Positions 1-13,267 of a DNA stretch of 64,000 bases are shown here, piece by piece. Every line of letters starts with the position of its first letter. Positions within the stretch are counted from its first letter, which is position 1. The notes under the pieces are model-generated. The model had not been told where the DNA came from, did not search any database, and was given only the letters and a program-made list of their open reading frames with translations. The DNA lies in assembly GCF_006345805.1 (NCBI RefSeq), contig NC_042998.1, forward strand, positions 72,602,001 to 72,666,000, read 5' to 3'. The stretch comes from Octopus sinensis (lineage: Eukaryota). Made by a program: the position numbers and the translations under genes.

Positions 1-19
1 ATGCTTTCACCTCCATACA

Positions 20-89
20 ATCTAATAATATGTATGCAATTATATATAGACATACATGTATAAGTGTATAAATATGTAAATATTTGTAT

Positions 90-129
<40 letters not shown>

Positions 130-145
130 TTATGAATATATATAC

Positions 146-195
<50 letters not shown>

Positions 196-480
196 ATATA
201 AATACATATATGTACCTGTATATAAGTATATATATATGTATATATACTTATACATATACATATACATATATATATACATATGTAGCTTATATGTATATGT
301 ATATATACACATATATACATATGTATTTATATATATGTATACATACATATATACATATATATATATATTCACCTATATATACTTATATCGTGATATATAT
401 ATATATATATAGATATGTATATATGTTTATATATTTGCATGTATGTATGTATATAAACATAGACACATTTACACACATTT
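20..480. repeat. Composite (TA)n/(CA)n/(TACA)n microsatellite tract
   Basis: Alternating TA/CA runs; explains the YIYI/THTH ORFs at 84..521 and 184..372. Confidence 0.95.
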
Positions 481-871
481 ACTTATTAAATATAATAAAG
501 CAATTTATAGTGGGGTGGTAGATGTTATGTGTTCCATATTTGACAAAATTTTTGTAATTATAAATATTTGTGATAGGACAGCAAAACATTCAGTCAATTT
601 ATGCTGTTAAATGACTGAAACAGAGCAATGGAATTGGTATGTGTTACAAAGTAACACAGAGTAGATAACCAGAATGATAAATTATAAATCTTGCTTGACA
701 ATGAAGTAGAAGCATAATAATAGATTATATTTTTGCATTTGTAAAATAACTTGCAAATAATACCATACACACGCACAAAAACTCACATATAAGCATACAC
801 ACATACACAGATATATATACATATATATGTATATATACATGTATGTGTGTATGTATGTATATATATATATA

Positions 872-1140
872 TACTCTTTTACTCTTTTACTTGCTTCAGT
901 CATTTGACCGTGGCCATGATGGAGCACCGCCATTTAGTCGAGCAAATCTATCTCAGGACTTATTCTTTGTAAGCCTAGTACTTATTCTATCGGTCTCTTT
1001 TGCTGAACAGCTAAGTTACAAGGACGTAAACACACCAGCTTTGGTTGTCAAGCTAAGCTGGGGGGAGAAACACAGACACACAAATATATACACACACATA
1101 CATGCATACGTACCTACATAATTACATATATATATATATA

Positions 1141-1184
<44 letters not shown>

Positions 1185-1345
1185 TATATATGATGGGCTT
1201 CTTTCAGTTTCCGTCAACCAAACCTATCCACAAGGCTTTGGTCGGCTCGATGCTATAGTAGAAGACACTTGCTCAAGGATTCCACGGAGTGGGACTGAAC
1301 TCGGAACCATGTGATTGGTAAGGAAGCTACTTACCACACCCCCCT
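872..1345 (-). mobile_element. tRNA-derived SINE, family A (Octopus-type), with internal microsatellite
   Basis: On + it shows the reverse complement of the (AAGAGTA)n tail (tactcttttactcttttac, 872) and of the tRNA-like head (gggactgaactcggaaccatgtg...ttaccacac, ~1290-1340). The body matches the copies at 12747 and 45572. Confidence 0.85.
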
Positions 1346-2279
1346 CCTAATTTTCATCAAATTCGGATTGTTGTAAGTATGCAACATTAAAACATAAAAT
1401 CAATAATGAGACTAACACAAGTGTAATGATTTATAATTCAGCCACCAAACAGGAAATTTGAGCCGGGCCTGATTGAAGTCGTTTGTTATTGAAGGCAACG
1501 ATTTTCCCAAGTTTTCATCTATTGTGAATAGGTGGAAGGTAATTTCAACCCCGGTGTTACTTAGAGGAGAATCTAACTTTAATATATGCTTCCAATATTA
1601 TTTTGTGAGAGCTTTGTTGACTAGCTTTCTTTCGGCAAGTTTTATAGTATTACATTGCTCTACAAATTGGAACGCTACGTACAAAAATATACAACAGTTA
1701 CACGTATATTGTAAAAAGTTATATACACTCCCTCTGCTCCTGTACTTTCACAAGCAAACACAAACGCAAACACGTCACCAAAAATATTCCCGAAACATAT
1801 ATAGACTTTGAACAGATGGAGATAATTATGCGAGGATTAAAGAGACCATTCACTTCATCGAGGTTTAAAAATGGTTGAATGTAAATCCAACACATCCGTC
1901 ATAGTTACAGGTATTTTAAAATATACGCATACAAGGTTATCGATTTTTTCCTTATTATTCATGGAAACGAAGTTTCATTTGAATGTATCATTTTGGAAAA
2001 CTTCGAGTATTCTTCCGATAATATTTATCAAAACATATAAAGAGATATTCATCCATAGACACCAGCTATCAAATGATATTCAAAAGCACTTAGTTATAAT
2101 TACTTTCCTTATACATTTGGCTGTGTTTAAATTGCCGTTCATTCCACAGTGGTAGAAAAAAAGAACAGCAAAATCCCCTAACACAACGAAGACAAATTGA
2201 TGTGTATATATATAGAAAAATAAATTCTTCAGAAGACTGAAACACCAATGTGATGCAGTTGAGTGAAAATCATTGTGAC

Positions 2280-4185
2280 ACTCATGAAAAAAATGGATAA
2301 CCAACATAAAGGTTTATGGTATGGATTTTATGTTGGACCAAATAGTATATTCACGATGACCGTTAGAGATGATGCAGGAAATACCAACGCACAATCACCT
2401 AACGCAGCAATTAACCTCTTTACAAATATAGTTAATAGAAAGGATTCCGAGAAAATTTTATTGCCGCAACTCCATCAAATTCAGAAAGAAAGATACATTA
2501 TAGCTTAACTAATATAACTGTTGTCCATATCCTCGTTCCAGTTTGCAATGAGAGAAAAGTCACGATGTCAACTAAAGACAGACATCTCCCTTTCTTTTCT
2601 GAAGTGTATGGGCTTAATAGTGTTCACCAGGAATGATCAGTCGGGAAACACACCCAATTGAAATTGCAGATCGACGGAACGAGAACGCGATATCGTACAG
2701 ACCAAATATCGGGAATAATGTGTGCCAAATCAAAGAATGCAAGGCAAGTTATGTTGAACTCCGGAAGAAAGAAAAACATGTACGAAGAAAATAAATTAAT
2801 GATAGGGCAAAGGACCTTGATATGCCTTATTTAACTGAGATTCATGATATATATATATATATAAAACATTTCTTTCAACGAAGTAAACTTTTATAGTCTT
2901 CTTCAAATAGATCGGATACCCATCTGTTATAAAATTGTGTCAAACTTGTGAATGGGTACACCGCTCTTTGTAACTATGAATAAAGCTTTCGAAGAAGTCG
3001 TGTCGATATCAGAGAGCAGCAAACACAATGTCTCACGAAATATAACATATTGTCTATGATGAACAAACAGAATGCCACTAGACATTACATAATTTTCAAA
3101 CGAAACGGATTTTCAAATATATGATATGGCATCTGTGCTTGACAAGATTTTGTCTGAGATGTACGAAGTAAGGAATTATACAGCATCAAAATATTTCCAT
3201 GCACAGAATCTTTTAATCGGGATCAGTTAGATTTTAATAGCTTATCTCAGAAATGAAAAAAAGACAAGAATGAGTGAAAATTAATTAAGGCAAATACAAA
3301 TGTATGGCTTCTGTCGTATACTTGGAAAATGTTGGACAGAATCTTGTTGAAATGACAAATTTCTAGGGATTTTATAATACAGTTCTATATTTGAGAAATG
3401 ACGAATTATGCACATTATCTATATTATTTACACTTGACGGAACTTCTAAGGATTCATTGCGATTTTTACCAGCCAGGTTGAGGCTCTATTATATCACCGC
3501 AAGAAACTTAAACAAAGCAAAAAAACAAAAAACAAATAGAGCAGCACGTATGTGAGTAATGTGTTACCCAGCCATCAGATGCTCCTTTTCTGGATACAGT
3601 TTATGATATTTCTATGCTACTCCAGCATTGTCGCTGCCGTGGGACCTATACGCTACTGCGAGGCCCACTTGAGCTTTGTATCGTTCTGATAGATGTAGTT
3701 GTTTGGTGTGGGAAAGAGCTGAAGATATTCCTAATCTTGAAGAGAAGAATCAAACTTTGGAATGGAGGTCATAAATCTGTTTCGGCTGGAGGTCTGGTTG
3801 TTATCTAAATTTGAAGAGAACGTGGCGTCTTTAGTATCATATTTCTCATGGATACGTGTGTGGTACAATTTTATGCTTTGGTGATCGCATCACACTAGAA
3901 TGGTCTTGAATAAACAGGACTCAGTGAATAGAAACATGCCCAACATGTACAGGAATACGGACAGATGATTGAAACTATAAAGTACTTCAAATATGTAGAT
4001 ATCCACTAAAACCAGGGCATAGACATAGAAGAGGAGCTGAAACACAGCGCTGAATGTTACTGACGTTCGGTCATATAAGGTTACAGGTGGCTGGATATTA
4101 AGGTCGTAGTAAACACTGACGCTTATCGTATAGATAAGAGGCTTTATAACCCACGCTGTGTGCAGCTCTCAATCTTGAACTTGCT
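2280..4185 (+). mobile_element. Ancient RTE-type LINE fossil (APE endonuclease plus RT), heavily decayed
   Basis: Manual translation across frames gives APE-like HKGLWYGFYVG and SYRPNIGNN (cf. HxxGVGF, GADxGSDH). RT-like segments: VINLFRLEVWLLSKFEENVASLV (cf. NLxFADDxxLLAxSEExLQxLV) and YGQMIETIKYFKYVDIH*NQGIDIEEELK (cf. IExVxxFKYLGS...EEIK). Many stops and frameshifts. Confidence 0.5.
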
Positions 4186-4499
4186 TTAAATGTCACTAAT
4201 TTTGCTTTGGTGATATAAAAATTTAACAATTAACAATTATGGTAATAAATATTCTGGATAAAGAGAAAAGCTATTAGTGAAACTAATTACTCTATCAAAT
4301 TCAGCCTTTGGAGTAGAGAAGAAACATCTTTCGAAAACCATAAAGAACAACAAATGCAACCATTCTAGACATATAGAAAACTATGAGAAACATTGATATT
4401 GCCAGGTTAAACAAAACAATCTATATAATAGAGAGTGAAGTCACAAAGGAATGCGTGTAATCTAATATTAAAATATCTAAACCAATGCGAAAAGTGTGG

Positions 4500-6200
4500 A
4501 AAACAAATTACAGAAAAAGAGATGAAATAAAATATACTCTCAATCGTTAATGAAATCTAGAGGGGAAAATCAAGTGGAATCAAAGAGATAAATATTAGAG
4601 AAATATATCGTCAGAAATACTTGTTATGAAATATTACCGAAATATAGATTCTGGCAATGGACAACGATTGTTTGAACAAAACAATGATTTCGATTCTAAC
4701 CGAAAAATCAAAACAGAAATCAGTGGTTTAAGAGAAGTAAATAAATTTGGAGATGAAGATAGGACATTTAAAGCGATAGATATCTATACGACTGGTGAAA
4801 TAAGTTTGGTATCTGTATAATCTTGTAGATCACTAACTACAAATCTAGCAAAGTTTGGTTGAAATATTTTAACGGAATCAATGCACTTTCAAACATACTT
4901 AAATATGTTTGGATGCAACAGAAGCAATACACGTATATCTCATATTCAAGTGATCAACCTTCTTAGAATTACAGGCCCAGTAACTGCTTACTTACGGTAA
5001 ACACATTAATAACTGCAATAACATTGCAGGTAATATATTCTCCACGGAGAAAGTATAGTAATTCACTTCAAAAGGCCCGGAAAGCTAGACTGCAGAGGGG
5101 CATGGAGTAAAACTCTATTACTAGTCAAGAAGTCCATAAATGAAGACGGATTTATGAGATAGAAAATCTGTCCATGATATAGACTGATTTCAAGTAATCT
5201 TTCGACAGTTTTACTATAACACCCACTTTGTAAATTTTAGTCACGAATAACGTAATGTAATAATAAGCACGTGAATCAAGCTATTCAATAGCAAAGGATA
5301 ATATTCCTTCTGTAGATAAAGGGCAGATGCAATTATAAAAACTCGTCACCGTCCTATAACAGAAATGCTTCAAGATAGTTGCCATTCACTGTGCTTTCTT
5401 TCTATTTGGGCATAGCAACATTAATCAATTTTCTATCTCCATATCAAATGCTACAAGAAGGCACCATCTTTTGTAGAAGCTGAAGAAACAGAAGAAATAA
5501 TATTACAGATAAGCTCGAATTTACTGTAGAAACTAATATCTCGAGTTCATAAAATATATTGGGCTAATTTGAAGAGAGGAATATTACAAAATGTCCTCAT
5601 TTATGATGTTTAATAAAGAAACCGAGTTACAGATACTTGGAAACTAATAAGAAATAAATCAGAAACACGTAAAAGAGACAAATATTTTTGGTGTCACATT
5701 TTCAGAGTTACTACAGAATTCGATTGAAGCTCTTCTCTAAATTTTACGTTCAATTTCGCCCGATTTTAACAATACTCATTGTCATTTCATGGTGACTAAA
5801 ACGTTCATATCAAAGAAGCTGTGTGGGCAGAACTGTAAGATCATTCGATCTTTGTGTTCTGGACGTTTATGTTCTGAATTTACATCCTGCCATGACCTTC
5901 TTCAGTGGTAATGAAAAACTGTCTCACAGTTTATCACCTGTACCTGGTCTGTGAATGCCTGTTAAGTTTGCTGAACGCAGTTTGTTGCAAGATTGGGCTC
6001 ATGTCAACGGCTTGAATTTACATTTCTCTTTTCCATTTGCATAGTAAGGATTAACAGTAACTACCTTTCGTCCTGTCTAAAATGAAATAATGTCGAACAA
6101 ATTCCATCGTAACGAAATGGGTATAATCGAATTTTACTTGTCTAGAAACTGTTGGAATCTGAGAACATATATTGATATCAAAGCAACGATTTGGGGCAAT
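4500..6200 (+). mobile_element. Ancient non-LTR retrotransposon RT fossil, R4/Dong-like
   Basis: Motif remnants in the expected order: KVWLKYF, NYRPSNCLLTVNTLITAI (cf. NYRPITCLxTxYKLLTxI), NLSMI*TDFK*SFDS (cf. NLSMAWIDYKKAFDS), MLQDSCHSLCF (cf. FQGDSLSPLLF), KFHRNEMGIIEFYLSR (cf. HHPKxxxxRLYLPR). The clade assignment is an inference from these motifs. Confidence 0.5.
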
Positions 6201-6431
6201 AGCATATATAGCTGTTCGTTTGACTTTAAAGTTAATTGCGTATGCCATAAATTCGCGAAGTTTCTATTTTAGATTGTAAAGCAAACGAAACCATCAAATA
6301 ACACCAGTTACTGACAAATTTCTGTATAGCGTATACCACTGTTAGAGCTCCGTCGTCATACACTATTGTCACTCACACTTGAAGATACTGAATACTGATT
6401 CATAGATCGTGAACCAATCGGTATAAATTGA

Positions 6432-6649
6432 GCATTGCTGTGTGATTAGATGTTTGTTTCCTTACCACATAGTTCCAGTTTTGGTCCCACCGGGTGAGAC
6501 ACTTGACTTTAACCTTGGGCTAACAAAAGCGTTGAGTTGATCTGGTTTATGTCTTATATGCATATATGTGTGTGCGTGTGTGTTTGTGTGTGTGTGTTTG
6601 TGTGTGTTTGTGTGGTGTGTGTGTGTGTTTGTGTGTGTGCGTGTGTGTG

Positions 6650-6688
<39 letters not shown>

Positions 6689-6850
6689 GTGTGTCGTTGT
6701 GTAGATGTTTGTACTCCACCACACTTGGGATTCGGCAAAAAAGCACAGGTAGAATAAGTTCTAATGTTGATTACTTCGACTAAACCCTTCAAGACTGCCC
6801 TAGCATGGCTGCAATCCAATGACTGAAAAACGTTAAAGTTAAAGGGAAAT
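6432..6850 (+). mobile_element. Diverged family A SINE with internal (GT)n
   Basis: Head remnant gctgtgtgattag...ccacatagttcc, (GT)n at ~6565-6695, and 3' body ttcggcaaaa...agaataagt...cagcatggctgcaatccaatgactgaaa. Confidence 0.7.
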
Positions 6851-7063
6851 AAAACAAAACCCAACATGAGATGACATGCTATATTGAAAGGATAGAAAGG
6901 AATAGCAATACATTCCTCATCAACGAGGACACCAAGCTCAAAATTGGATATGGACAAACGTCCAGCGTTCGCTAAGATTTGGAAGAGTTAAAGCAGTGAC
7001 AATAAATTTCCTATTCCGTTATGGCCAGGAACTAATTTAGACACGGCTACATAAATTTATATT

Positions 7064-7091
7064 CGTGTGTGTGTGTGTGTGTGTATGTGTG

Positions 7092-7144
<53 letters not shown>

Positions 7145-7150
7145 TGTGCA
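7064..7150. repeat. (GT)n microsatellite
   Basis: Direct dinucleotide run. Confidence 0.95.
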
Positions 7151-7269
7151 TGTGAGCGTGCGTAAGATATTTGAGAACAGATTTATGTTTATATAAAAAA
7201 AAGAATATATTAACAGGTAATAACATTTTTTAAAATCAAAAACGGCTATGAAGATAGAAGTAAACCTTT

Positions 7270-7620
7270 TCTATAATGTTATTCAATAAAGTCACCTTCA
7301 CCTTCAGCTACTGCTTCTATATGAGATCTAAATTATCTACATGCTCGAATCAAGTGGCCCTGGTTCATTTTGGACATTACTCTGTTTACGGCAGTTTTGA
7401 AAGAATGTTTGTTGTTATGGGCGTGTTCATTGACATCACTTTCAACGACCCTCCACATGTAATAGTCTATTGGATTGAAATTTGGGGAATTAGAAGGCCA
7501 AACGTTAGGGGTTATGGGATCATGAAAATTTTCAGCCATCCATTCCCGTGTCACTAATACAATGTGTGATAGAGCAGAGTCTTACTGGAACATATATGGC
7601 ATCTCATGGCATACAGTGTT
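7270..7620 (-). mobile_element. Tc1/mariner superfamily DD37D (maT-like) transposase C-terminal fragment
   Basis: PYMFQ*DSALSH...WPSNSPNFNPIDYYMW, with 37 residues between the second and third catalytic Asp by my count. ORF 7333..7554. Confidence 0.8.
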
Positions 7621-7694
7621 TATCGAGAGATTTACAATTATTTCCAAGAACTCAAAAACCACTACACACATACAGAAGCATACACACACACACA

Positions 7695-7733
<39 letters not shown>

Positions 7734-8424
7734 ACATAGAACCGTGCTCACGGACACACACACACTCACACCATCATGAACTCTAAGATCATTTGAAAAA
7801 CTACCGAACCATGACAGGCTAGGCCAAAAACAAAGTTATTCGAAAGCAGATCATGTGACTGCTCCTAACGAACCTTGTATATGCAAAACACATATACAAG
7901 ACTGGAGATGAAGAAATAAAGTTGGTCATTCCTCTAAAATTCTTATAAACAATTATGATTTCTGACCAACTTTTGACAAAACAATACACACTTTCTCCTA
8001 TCAAATACTGTCATAAAATTATTCCTGTATATATTCTTGTAAACATTTATAATATTTGATTAACTTATAAACAATTATGAACATATTTTACTGCCTATTT
8101 TGAAAACTTTTATGTAAACTGGTTAAACGCACAACGTCTCTTAACATTTTCTTATCATTATCAAAGACTTCTATCACTGTATTTTATTATATCTATGTTA
8201 GCTAATTTTCAACACCACATAGGCTACACAAAGCCGTGCACTTTACTTTAGTTCTTGGTGCTTCTATTTCGCATTTCATAATTTGAGGCAATTGTATAGA
8301 TTCTTGTCGTTAGATTGAAGGGGATGTTTGTCTTCGTTCGTGTGCTTTGGGTGACTGAAGGTGAACAGGAGGTAATGTTTGGAATTAGTGGATTTGTAGT
8401 AGATACAAACCCACTAATTTAACT

Positions 8425-11320
8425 CACTTATCTTCGTGCAAGGATTTATAGCACCTGAAGATGGAGAAAATCGGGTCAGGATTCTTCGAAAACGGAGTAA
8501 AGGAACCAGGATATATCTCTACAGATTATCGCAGAAGAATATCAGACTATGGTAAATTTTAAACATGACGTGAAAAATAAAGATAAAAACTGAAAATATT
8601 CAAATGTGTCGTCCCGGGAAGCAGAATCAAAACAGAGTGTCAAAATCCGTGTTATGGTTGCGTAAGCCTACACTATAAAAACTGATTGTTCGTTTAAAAA
8701 CAAAATGTGCAATAGTTGTCAGAAGCTGGGACACAGGAGTTCTCCTTGTAGAACAAAACTACAAAGCTTAAAAACAAAAAGTTTTAGGGTGTTTTCAGCG
8801 ATGAGTGATTTTCGATGGAAAAACAAGAACACATTTCCAGGAGAAACACTGTGAACCAAAATTATTCGTTGCGGACGATATCGTCAATCTGTTTGGTACA
8901 GATCCGTTAGAACTATTCGATTTAAGGCACCTCCCCACAAATCTTTATTGCAATAACATAAATGGTTGTCTCGTTAAAAACAAGTCCTCGAAGAACTTAA
9001 AAAAGTGTTCCCGCAAGTGTTAACAGAGGAATTAGGTCTATGTAGAAAGGCATAAGTTTAATTCCAAGTAAGTTAAAACGCTTTACTTGTATTTCAAGCA
9101 AATAGATACGTACCGTTCGCGGCAATGGAAACCGTAAATGAAGAGGTGGACAGACTCCAAAAGAGTGGAGTTGTCAAACGATGGATTACTCGAAGTGGGC
9201 GGCACCTACGGTATGCATTTAAAAAAGATTAGGCTGTATGTTTATTTCTCTACAAAAGGGAACGACTGCTTAAAAACATTCCAACATCCACTCCTGACCG
9301 TAGAGGACATCTCTTCAAAGTTGAATGATGGTAAAAAATTTCCAAATTAGATCTTTCTGAAGCCTATTTACAGAATGAACGATATTCGAAGTATTTCACA
9401 ATAAATACACTCAGTGGCTGTTACAGATACACATGATTAACTTTTGGATTAAAATTGGCACTAGCTACATTCCAGCAAATCATGGATACTATGTTATCTG
9501 ATTGTAAATTTGCAATCACATACTTATTTTGATCAAGAATAATTCTCGTGAACAGCATGTGGAACACATAAAATTCATGTTTAAGAAAATTAAAGTTTTG
9601 GGGTGCACTTTGAGTGAAGGAAAACGCGAATTCTTACAAATCCAAATTAAGTACTTAGCGCAAATAACTGATAAAAGTGGTAGACGTCCTGACCAGTCGA
9701 GGAAAGGTGCAATAAGGAATATATCTGCGCCGACAACTATTCCAACTTTTCAAGAATTTATTGGGTTGGCAAACTGTTATCAAAACTACATCCTTAATAT
9801 GCACAAGCTAAGAGCTCCATTGAACGACTTACTAAAAAAGTGAGAAAGTGGAATTGGTCAACTAGAATACTTTTGAAGAAACAAAAAAGATTCTAATTCC
9901 AAACATGTCGTTGGCACATTATGATCTCGAAATTGACATCATTGTAGCGTTTGATGTTCCGAAGCACGGATTAGGCGCAGTTCTAATTCATAAATACGAA
10001 GATGAAGGTACAAAAAGAGTGCTCCATATTTCGCCCTCACTAATAACTGCAGAGAACAGATATAATCAAATTGAAAAGGAGGCCCCAGCAATTATTTTTT
10101 CACTTGAACAATTTTACAAGTTTCTGCATGGCAGAGGTTTTTTATTGCAAACAGATCATAGACATTTGCTGTCGATTTATGGGTCTGAAAAAAGGTTACT
10201 GACTCATGCTGCCAGCTGCCTGCAACGATGGGCTGTAATGTTACTAAATTATAATTTCAAAATCAGCCATGCGGACTGCTTTTCGAAGTTAATTCTAAAA
10301 AAACATGGAATCATTAGAATATTCTTCAGGCAGAAAGTGAAATTAAAAGTATTATAACGAATGTTATCTAAGAACTACAGTGACGGCCGAGGATATAAGA
10401 ATGAAAGCTGTAGGCGTTGAGTATATTACGAATATATATAAAAAAAAGCTTAAAACAACAAACAGAATAAAAATTTAGATGTCAGGTTTTCAATTTGTGA
10501 CGATATTCCGATGTTTTCCCGAAGTATGATGGTTCCAACTACGTTACAAAACGGTGTATTGCAACAATGTCACAGGGGACATCGCAGAAATACCAAAGAT
10601 GAACGCTCCGACGTCTATTGGTCGTCTATGGACCGAGATATCAAAACTTGATAAGAATGTGCCGAAGTTGCGTGCTCGCGGCCAAAGCTCCGCCGGTAAA
10701 ATATCAAACGTGGCCAGTAACGGAGAATCCATGGTGTAAGTTACACATTGACTATGCCGGACTGGTTAACGACTACCTAATCGTAGTAGTTAGCGATACT
10801 AAGTGGCCAGAGGTTCGAAGATGCTATAGACCAACCTCTAAGACAACTATAAAGTTCTTATACAAACTTGTTTGCGTGATACGGTGTCCCTGCCACACTA
10901 GTTTCAGACAACGGAACGTAATTCTCTGGGTATGAATACAAGAACTTCAGTAAAAAGAAATATTTTCACTCCAATCTACCAATCGAGGTCAGGTAGAAAT
11001 GTTTGTGGACACTTTTAGGAAAGCGTTAAGAAAAGCGAGGAAGCGAGGAATGAATTAAGTAACGATGAAGTACTGACAAAGTTCTGAAGTATATACAGTG
11101 TCCCCCAATCCAAGTACAAATTCAGGGAAGTCACCCGCAGAATTGTTGTTCGCAAGAACACAATTCTGTTTTGATAAGCTATTACCAGAGGAAGAAAGAC
11201 GTAAAAGAAATACGAAAGAGCTAACGAAATACGTCGAGATAGGTGACGAAGATTCATTTCAAAACCTATAGCAACGGTAATATATTTTGGGAAGATGGTT
11301 TTGCTACAAACACAAAACAA
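8425..11320 (+). mobile_element. Decayed Gypsy/Ty3 LTR retrotransposon internal region (gag-PR-RT-RNaseH-IN)
   Basis: Two gag CCHC knuckles (PCYGC..LHY..DC; CNSCQKLGHRSSPC) at ~8650-8755. RT segments LNDCLKTFQHPL and APxTFQQIMDTML; RNase H ORF 9905..10357 (LGAVL, YNQIEKEA, QTDHRHL); integrase ORF 10618..10935 (CRSC...PWCKLHIDYAG). Many stops and frameshifts; no LTR pair found. Confidence 0.9.
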
Positions 11321-11327
11321 AACAAAC

Positions 11328-12640
11328 AATTTATTAGAGCACAGTTTCAACTGATGATTGTAACTACATCTATGTCGGCAAATGTAGCACAACATTCAAA
11401 GCTAGAGTGAACAACCACTACTCCAGTTTGAAGTCCCAAACAAAATCCAACAGTACAATGTGATCACAACTTATCAGTAAACTAACACTTGATTGACTCT
11501 TTTCACGCTCAAGTGGTACATCGCCCACGCCAAGCCTTACAGTAGCTGTAACAAGTCTGATCTCTGAATAGCCGAGATTTTGGTAATAATTTTGCAGTCC
11601 ACGGATTGTCTCAATGAACGCAGCAGTATAATATTCACCTGCAAACATCGGTCACTAAATCTATTCTCAAAATACAAATAATTACAACCTCAGCCCGCTC
11701 TTTTCTCCTCCTAACATTCATACACTTTTTACCTTTTATCCACCCTCACTACCATTATATATTCAACCAACAATATTTCTCTCCTTTAATTCTTTGATCG
11801 TCAGTTACAAACTTCTCTCTGTATTTTCATTACCATCTGAACAAAAAAGTTGTTTTCTTTTATTTCAACTCCCTCCCACTCCTGCCCCTCCATTCCAAGT
11901 ACAAACGCCTACATACACCTCCACCTCTTCATATTGTGTTGATTTTTTGTTATTGTACCATTCCCTTGCTAATTTATGTGATTCGGCCAAGAAAGCCCTT
12001 TGCATATCGATAGTCAAATAACCCGAGCTTTCACTCCTTACTCTACCTTGCTTTATTCATACAAATTATATTTCTCCACCACGACCCAAATATTTCTCCA
12101 CCCTCTCCCTTCCAAATTATCTTTTCTTCAAATACCAATCCGCTTATTAAAATCTACTAAATTAACTCTATTATTTACTACAAGTCAGTTGACCTTGCTT
12201 GAATTGACCCCTCCTCTCTCTTGTTTTTTTCCTTTCTTCTAATACTTATTTCTCCCTCTATTTATATGTTCCTCTCATACAGTGCTCTCTTCACATTCTG
12301 ATTGGATCTACCTTGCGTCAACATGTACCTTTTTGCGACAATGAAACCTTTAATGTAATCAAGGCATTGTTGACCTGAAGAGTAGGCGACGGTATACAAC
12401 TCTCTTGGATTTTATCACTTCTGAGGTTCCGCTCGCTATGAAAAATATGTAGCCCGGATCTTTCCTAATCCATCCCGTAACTGATGTATTTTTATTCGCA
12501 CACCCGGCAACTCTGGTCGCCTACCAGGGAATATGAAAAGAACTTTTCTCAGTCTATCGTTCTTCGATACGAACAATATCCACTAACTTCGGTATCGATA
12601 TACCGCTATTGTCCCTGAAAGTTTCTTTAGATTTCCTACT
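11328..12640 (+). mobile_element. Penelope-like element 3' fragment: GIY-YIG endonuclease remnant plus pyrimidine-rich tail
   Basis: 11328-11490 translates as IY*STVSTDDCNYIYVGKCSTTFKARVNNHYSSLK..NSTM*SQ (cf. IYxxxV...YIGxTxxxFKxRxxNHxxS..NxTxLS). Assigning the downstream tail to the element is an inference. Confidence 0.6.
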
Positions 12641-12746
12641 GATTGGTTGAAGCTACTTTCTCCCTACACCTCCATCCCTGGATTTCACATTTATATATAT
12701 AATATGTGTGTGTGTATATATAACCACTCTTGCTCCTATATATATA

Positions 12747-13130
12747 GGCGCAGGAGTGACAGTGTGGTAGTAGCTTACTTACCAACCACATGGTTCCCTG
12801 TTCAGTCCCACTACTATAGCCTCGGGCCGACCAAAACTTTGTGAATCAATTTGGTAGACGGAAACTGTAAGAAGCCGTCGTATATTTATATATATATATA
12901 TGTGTGTTTGTGTTTGTATATGTTTGTGTGTCTGTGTTTTGCCTCCTGACCATCACCTGACAACCGATGCAAGTGTGTTTACATCCCCGTAACTTAGCGG
13001 TTCGGCAAAAGAAACCAATAGAATAAGTACTAGGCTTACAAAGAATAGGTCCTGGGGTCGATTTACTCGATTAAAGGCGGTGTTCCAGCATGTCCACAGT
13101 CAAATGACTCAAACACATAAAAGAATAAAA
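12747..13130 (+). mobile_element. Family A SINE
   Basis: Head ggcgcaggagtgacagtgtggtag...ggttccctgttcagtccc (A/B-box-like), internal (TA)/(GT) tract, 3' body gtaacttagcggttcggcaaaa...caaatgactcaaaca, tail aaaagaataaaa. Confidence 0.9.
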
Positions 13131-13267
13131 ACATATATGTGTGTGTGCGTGTGTGTGTGTGTCTGTGTGTGTGTGTGTGTGTATACGGTAATCAATTAGT
13201 GTTGGAATATTCCTGAAGCGAAATCGTGTGTTGAAAGCGATATTTCCAAATAAACACACGCACAGCA

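Noticed and set aside
3241-4200. Plus-strand frame with W/C-rich text (LVWERAEDIP, CPTC, GHRHR) superficially like a negative-strand RNA virus L protein
   Set aside because: Stop density is about random, the motif order does not match, and other frames of the same DNA fit an RTE RT better.
12418-12460. Possible second hammerhead remnant in the Penelope tail (ctgagg...gaaaaatatgta)
   Set aside because: The CUGANGA core is incomplete and helices I and II cannot be drawn convincingly.
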